DNA from: Auanema rhodensis
Taxonomy: Eukaryota; Animalia; Nematoda
Reading direction: 5' to 3'
DNA: 64,000 nucleotides
Assembly: GCA_964057225.1 (NCBI GenBank)
Contig: CAXKVF010000079.1
Span: 512,030-576,029 of the forward strand
In this document: piece by piece, positions 56,401 through 64,000 of the stretch
Numbering within the stretch: position 1 is the stretch's first letter
Layout: every line of letters begins with the position of its first letter
Notes under the pieces: generated by a model
The model's input: the letters and a program-made list of their open reading frames with translations, nothing else
Database searches by the model: none
What the model was told of the DNA's origin: nothing
Program-made: the position numbers and the translations under genes

Positions 56401-59400
56401 TTATTGATATTGGTTCATGGTAACCATGACTTTGAAATTTACGTGAACTTTAATTTATGCTAATTAAATGTACACGTGATGTGCACTTGGTATGTAACTC
56501 GCTTCACGTGAAAGATAAAGAGATGCGGTTTTCAAAATTAGATTCCCCATGTCCATATTAGTCTAAAAACAAATTTTAATTGATATTGGTTCATGGTAAC
56601 CATGACTTTGAAATTTACGTGAACTTTAATTTATGCTAATTAAATGTACACGTGATGTGCACTTGGTATGTAACTCGCTTCACGTGAAAGATAAAGAGAT
56701 GCGGTTTTCAAAATTAGATTCCCCATGTCCATATTAGTCTAAAATCAAATTTTTATTGATATTGGTGCATGGTAACCATGACTTTGAAATTTACGTGAAC
56801 TTTAATTTATGCTAATTAAATGTACACGTGATGTGCACTTGGTATGTAACTCGCTTCACGTGAAAGATAAAGAGATGCGGTTTTCAAAATTAGATTCCCC
56901 ATGTTCATATTAGTCTAAAAACAAATTTTTATTGATATTGGTTCATGGTAACCATGACTTTGAAATTTACGTGAACTTTAATTTATGCTAATTAAATGTA
57001 CACGTGATGTGCACTTGGTATGTAACTCGCTTCACGTGAAAGATAAAGAGATGCGGTTTTCAAAATTAGATTCCCCATGTCCATATTAGTCTAAAAACAA
57101 ATTTTTATTGATATTGGTTCATGGTAACCATGACTTTGAAATTTACGTGAACTTCAATTTATGCTAATTAAATGTACACGTGATGTGCACTTGGTATGTA
57201 ACTCGCTTCACGTGAAAGATAAAGAGATGCGGTTTTCAAAATTAGATTCCCCATGTCCATATTAGTCTAAAAACAAATTTTTATTGATATTGGTTCATGG
57301 TAACCATGACTTTGAAATTTACGTGAACTTTAATTTATGCTAATTAAATGTACACGTGATGTGCACTTGGTATGTAACTCGCTTCACGTGAAAGATAAAG
57401 AGATGCGGTTTTCAAAATTAGATTCCCCATGTCCATATTAGTCTAAAAACAAATTTTTATTGATATTGGTGCATGGTAACCATGACTTTGAAATTTACGT
57501 GAACTTTAATTTATGCTAATTAAATGTACACGTGATGTGCACTTGGTATGTAACTCGCTTCACGTGAAAGATAAAGAGATGCGGTTTTCAAAATTAGATT
57601 CCCCATGTCCATATTAGTCTAAAAACAAATTTTTATTGATATTGGTGCATGGTAACCATGACTTTGAAATTTACGTGAACTTTAATTTATGCTAATTAAA
57701 TGTACACGTGATGTGCACTTGGTATGTAACTCGCTTCACGTGAAAGATAAAGAGATGCGGTTTTCAAAATTAGATTCCCCAAGTCCATATTAGTCTAAAA
57801 ACAAATTTTTATTGATATTGGTTCATGGTAACCATGACTTTGAAATTTACGTGAACTTTAATTTATGCTAATTAAATGTACACGTGATGTGCACTTGGTA
57901 TGTAACTCGCTTCACGTGAAAGATAAAGAGATGCGGTTTTCAAAATTAGATTCCCCATGTCCATATTAGTCTAAAAACAAATTTTTATTGATATTGGTGC
58001 ATGGTAACCATGACTTTGAAATTTACGTGAACTTTAATTTATGCTAATTAAATGTACACGTGATGTGCACTTGGTATGTAACTCGCTTCACGTGAAAGAT
58101 AAAGAGATGCGGTTTTCAAAATTAGATTCCCCATGTTCATATTAGTCTAAAAACAAATTTTTATTGATATTGGTTCATGGTAACCCTGACTTTGAAATTT
58201 ACGTGAACTTTAATTTATGCTAATTAAATGTACACGTGATGTGCACTTGGTATGTAACTCGCTTCACGTGAAAGATAAAGAGATGCGGTTTTCAAAATTA
58301 GATTCCCCATGTCCATATTAGTCTAAAAACAAATTTTTATTAATATTGGTTCATGGTAACCATGACTTTGAAATTTACGTGAACTTTAATTTATGCTAAT
58401 TAAATGTACACGTGATGTGCACTTGGTATGTAACTCGCTTCACGTGAAAGATAAAGAGATGCGGTTTTCAAAATTAGATTCCCCATGTCCATATTAGTCT
58501 AAAAACAAATTTTTATTGATATTGGTTCATGGTAACCATGACTTTGAAATTTACGTGAACTTTAATTTATGCTAATTAAATGTACACGTGATGTGCACTT
58601 GGTATGTAACTCGCTTCACGTGAAAGACAAAGAGATGCGGTTTTCAAAATTAGATTCCCCATGTCCATATTAGTCTAAAAACAAATTTTTATTGATATTG
58701 GTTCATGGTAACCATGACTTTGAAATTTACGTGAACTTTAATTTATGCTAATTAAATGTACACATGATGTGCACTTGGTATGTAACTCGCTTCACGTGAA
58801 AGATAAAGAGATGCGGTTTTCAAAATTAGATTCCCCATGTCCATATTAGTCTAAAAACAAATTTTTATTGATATTGGTTCATGGTAACCATGACTTTGAA
58901 ATTTACGTGAACTTTAATTTATGCTAATTAAATGTACACGTGATGTGCACTTGGTATGTAACTCGCTTCACGTGAAAGATAAAGAGATGCGGTTTTCAAA
59001 ATTAGATTCCCCATGTCCATATTAGTCTAAAAACAAATTTTTATTGATATTGGTTCATGGTAACCATGACTTTGAAATTTACGTGAACTTTAATTTATGC
59101 TAATTAAATGTACACGTGATGTGCACTTGGTATGTAACTCGCTTCACGTGAAAGATAAAGAGATGCGGTTTTCAAAATTAGATTCCCCATGTCCATATTA
59201 GTCTAAAAACAAATTTTTATTGATATTGGTTCATGGTAACCATGACTTTGAAATTTACGTGAACTTTAATTTATGCTAATTAAATGTACACGTGATGTGC
59301 ACTTGGTATGTAACTCGCTTCACGTGAAAGATAAAGAGATGCGGTTTTCAAAATTAGATTCCCCATGTCCATATTAGTCTAAAAACAAATTTTTATTGAT

Positions 59401-62400
59401 ATTGGTTCATGGTAACCATGACTTTGAAATTTATGTGAACTTTAATTTATGCTAATTAAATGTACACGTGATGTGCACTTGGTATGTAACTCGCTTCACG
59501 TGAAAGATAAAGAGATGCGGTTTTCAAAATTAGAATCCCCATGTCCATATTAGTCTAAAAACAAATTTTTATTGATATTAATTAATGATAACCATGATTT
59601 TGAAATTTACGTGAACTTTAATTTATGCTAATTAAATGTACACGTGATGTGCACTTGGTATGTAACTCGCTTCACGTGAAAGATAAAGAGATGCGGTTTT
59701 CAACATTAGATTCCCCATGTCCATATTAGTCTAAAAACAAATTTTTATTGATATTGGTTCATGGTAACCATGACTTTGAAATTTACGTGAACTTTAATTT
59801 ATGCTAATTAAATGTACACGTGATGTGCACTTGGTATGTAACTCGCTTCACGTGAAAGATAAAGAGATGCGGTTTTCAAAATTAGATTCCCCATGTCCAT
59901 ATTAGTCTAAAAACAAATTTTTATTGATATTGGTTCATGGTAACCATGACTTTGAAATTTACGTGAACTTTAATTTATGCTAATTAAATGTACACGTGAT
60001 GTGCACTTGGTATGTAATTCGCTTCACGTGAAAGATAAAGAGATGCGGTTTTCAAAATTAGAATCCCCATGTCCATATTAGTCTAAAAACAAATTTTTAT
60101 TGATATTGGTTCATGGTAACCATGACTTTGAAATTTACGTGAACTTTAATTTATGCTAATTAAATGTACACGTGATGTGCACTTGGTATGTAACTCGCTT
60201 CACGTGAAAGATAAAGAGATGCGGTTTTCAAAATTAGATTCCCCATGTTCATATTAGTCTAAAAACAAATTTTTATTGATATTGGTTCATGGTAACCCTG
60301 ACTTTGAAATTTACGTGAACTTTAATTTATGCTAATTAAATGTACACGTGATGTGCACTTGGTATGTAACTCGCTTCACGTGAAAGATAAAGAGATGCGG
60401 TTTTCAAAATTAGATTCCCCATGTCCATATTAGTCTAAAAACAAATTTTTATTAATATTGGTTCATGGTAACCATGACTTTGAAATTTACGTGAACTTTA
60501 ATTTATGCTAATTAAATGTACACGTGATGTGCACTTGGTATGTAACTCGCTTCACGTGAAAGATAAAGAGATGCGGTTTTCAAAATTAGATTCCCCATGT
60601 CCATATTAGTCTAAAAACAAATTTTTATTGATATTGGTTCATGGTAACCATGACTTTGAAATTTACGTGAACTTTAATTTATGCTAATTAAATGTACACG
60701 TGATGTGCACTTGGTATGTAACTCGCTTCACGTGAAAGATAAAGAGATGCGGTTTTCAAAATTAGATTCCCCATGTTCATATTAGTCTAAAAACAAATTT
60801 TTATTGATATTGGTTCATGGTAACCCTGACTTTGAAATTTACGTGAACTTTAATTTATGCTAATTAAATGTACACGTGATGTGCACTTGGTATGTAACTC
60901 GCTTCACGTGAAAGATAAAGAGATGCGGTTTTCAAAATTAGATTCCCCATGTCCATATTAGTCTAAAAACAAATTTTTATTAATATTGGTTCATGGTAAC
61001 CATGACTTTGAAATTTACGTGAACTTTAATTTATGCTAATTAAATGTACACGTGATGTGCACTTGGTATGTAACTCGCTTCACGTGAAAGATAAAGAGAT
61101 GCGGTTTTCAAAATTAGATTCCCCATGTCCATATTAGTCTAAAAACAAATTTTTATTGATATTGGTTCATGGTAACCATGACTTTGAAATTTACGTGAAC
61201 TTTAATTTATGCTAATTAAATGTACACGTGATGTGCACTTGGTATGTAACTCGCTTCACGTGAAAGATAAAGAGATGCGGTTTTCAAAATTAGATTCCCC
61301 ATGTCCATATTAGTCTAAAAACAAATTTTTATTGATATTGGTTCATGGTAACCATGACTTTGAAATTTACGTGAACTTTAATTTATGCTAATTAAATGTA
61401 CACGTGATGTGCACTTGGTATGTAACTCGCTTCACGTGAAAGATAAAGAGATGCGGTTTTCAAAATTAGATTCCCCATGTCCATATTAGTCTAAAAACAA
61501 ATTTTTATTGATATTGGTTCATGGTAACCATGACTTTGAAATTTACGTGAACTTTAATTTATGCTAATTAAATGTACACGTGATGTGCACTTGGTATGTA
61601 ACTCGCTTCACGTGAAAGATAAAGAGATGCGGTTTTCAAAATTAGATTCCCCATGTCCATATTAGTCTAAAAACAAATTTTTATTGATATTGGTTCATGG
61701 TAACCATGACTTTGAAATTTACGTGAACTTTAATTTATGCTAATTAAATGTACACGTGATGTGCACTTGGTATGTAACTCGCTTCACGTGAAAGATAAAG
61801 AGATGCGGTTTTCAAAATTAGATTCCCCATGTCCATATTAGTCTAAAAACAAATTTTTATTGATATTGGTTCATGGTAACCATGACTTTGAAATTTACGT
61901 GAACTTTAATTTATGCTAATTAAATGTACACGTGATGTGCACTTGGTATGTAACTCGCTTCACGTGAAAGATAAAGAGATGCGGTTTTCAAAATTAGAAT
62001 CCCCATGTCCATATTAGTCTAAAAACAAATTTTTATTGATATTAATTAATGATAACCATGATTTTGAAATTTACGTGAACTTTAATTTATGCTAATTAAA
62101 TGTACACGTGATGTGCACTTGGTATGTAACTCGCTTCACGTGAAAGATAAAGAGATGCGGTTTTCAACATTAGATTCCCCATGTCCATATTAGTCTAAAA
62201 ACAAATTTTTATTGATATTGGTTCATGGTAACCATGACTTTGAAATTTACGTGAACTTTAATTTATGCTAATTAAATGTACACGTGATGTGCACTTGGTA
62301 TGTAACTCGCTTCACGTGAAAGATAAAGAGATGCGGTTTTCAAAATTAGATTCCCCATGTCCATATTAGTCTAAAAACAAATTTTTATTGATATTGGTTC

Positions 62401-64000
62401 ATGGTAACCATGACTTTGAAATTTACGTGAACTTTAATTTATGCTAATTAAATGTACACGTGATGTGCACTTGGTATGTAATTCGCTTCACGTGAAAGAT
62501 AAAGAGATGCGGTTTTCAAAATTAGAATCCCCATGTCCATATTAGTCTAAAAACAAATTTTTATTGATATTGGTTCATGGTAACCATGACTTTGAAATTT
62601 ACGTGAACTTTAATTTATGCTAATTAAATGTACACGTGATGTGCACTTGGTATGTAACTCGCTTCACGTGAAAGATAAAGAGATGCGGTTTTCAAAATTA
62701 GATTCCCCATGTTCATATTAGTCTAAAAACAAATTTTTATTGATATTGGTTCATGGTAACCCTGACTTTGAAATTTACGTGAACTTTAATTTATGCTAAT
62801 TAAATGTACACGTGATGTGCACTTGGTATGTAACTCGCTTCACGTGAAAGATAAAGAGATGCGGTTTTCAAAATTAGATTCCCCATGTCCATATTAGTCT
62901 AAAAACAAATTTTTATTAATATTGGTTCATGGTAACCATGACTTTGAAATTTACGTGAACTTTAATTTATGCTAATTAAATGTACACGTGATGTGCACTT
63001 GGTATGTAACTCGCTTCACGTGAAAGATAAAGAGATGCGGTTTTCAAAATTAGATTCCCCATGTCCATATTAGTCTAAAAACAAATTTTTATTGATATTG
63101 GTTCATGGTAACCATGACTTTGAAATTTACGTGAACTTTAATTTATGCTAATTAAATGTACACGTGATGTGCACTTGGTATGTAACTCGCTTCACGTGAA
63201 AGATAAAGAGATGCGGTTTTCAAAATTAGATTCCCCATGTTCATATTAGTCTAAAAACAAATTTTTATTGATATTGGTTCATGGTAACCCTGACTTTGAA
63301 ATTTACGTGAACTTTAATTTATGCTAATTAAATGTACACGTGATGTGCACTTGGTATGTAACTCGCTTCACGTGAAAGATAAAGAGATGCGGTTTTCAAA
63401 ATTAGATTCCCCATGTCCATATTAGTCTAAAAACAAATTTTTATTAATATTGGTTCATGGTAACCATGACTTTGAAATTTACGTGAACTTTAATTTATGC
63501 TAATTAAATGTACACGTGATGTGCACTTGGTATGTAACTCGCTTCACGTGAAAGATAAAGAGATGCGGTTTTCAAAATTAGATTCCCCATGTCCATATTA
63601 GTCTAAAAACAAATTTTTATTGATATTGGTTCATGGTAACCATGACTTTGAAATTTACGTGAACTTTAATTTATGCTAATTAAATGTACACGTGATGTGC
63701 ACTTGGTATGTAACTCGCTTCACGTGAAAGATAAAGAGATGCGGTTTTCAAAATTAGATTCCCCATGTCCATATTAGTCTAAAAACAAATTTTTATTGAT
63801 ATTGGTTCATGGTAACCATGACTTTGAAATTTACGTGAACTTTAATTTATGCTAATTAAATGTACACATGATGTGCACTTGGTATGTAACTCGCTTCACG
63901 TGAAAGATAAAGAGATGCGGTTTTCAAAATTAGATTCCCCATGTCCATATTAGTCTAAAAACAAATTTTTATTGATATTGGTTCATGGTAACCATGACTT
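53457..64000. repeat. 176-bp satellite array, segment 3 (~60 monomers, runs off the window end)
   Basis: Same consensus, with exact 176-bp phase from 53852 to 63884 (57 monomers). Confidence 0.98.
59480..63700. repeat. Duplication at a 14-monomer offset (2,464 bp) with a nested 3-mer (528 bp)
   Basis: attaatgata at 59581/62045. The caacattag, taattcgc and gaatcccc variants recur at +2464. The taaccctgac + ttattaatatt pair recurs at +528 within each unit (about 60296/60824 and 62760/63288). Confidence 0.88.

Noticed and set aside
1-64000. CRISPR array
   Set aside because: There are no unique spacers (whole units are repeated), no cas genes, and a eukaryotic LINE is present.

Overview
About 97% of this window is one eukaryotic satellite DNA array: roughly 350 head-to-tail copies of a 176-bp monomer, about 68% AT and nearly identical. 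The consensus is atgtaactcgcttcacgtgaaagataaagagatgcggttttcaaaattagattccccatgtccatattagtctaaaaacaaatttttattgatattggt[t/g]catggtaaccatgactttgaaatttacgtgaactttaatttatgctaattaaatgtacacgtgatgtgcacttggt. Monomer size and homogeneity are typical of centromeric or pericentromeric satellite, but function and organism cannot be determined from sequence. The only non-satellite DNA is two apparently identical 1,040-bp 5'-truncated CR1-like non-LTR retrotransposon fragments (48553-49592 and 52417-53456). Each has the ORF2 C-terminus, a 3' UTR, AATAAA, a short TGAC tail and a 6-bp TAATTT target-site duplication. They come from one insertion later copied 3,864 bp downstream together with its flanking satellite. 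Rare variants show a patchwork of local multi-monomer duplications (3- to 19-mers). A distinct domain at about 19.5-29.6 kb is built around a rearranged 178-bp monomer carrying a self-templated replacement. About half of the monomer is a degenerate 84-bp inverted repeat, and the rest carries three ACGTGA motifs spaced 32-33 bp apart. No intact genes, RNA genes or CRISPR arrays are supported. All counts and offsets were made by eye.
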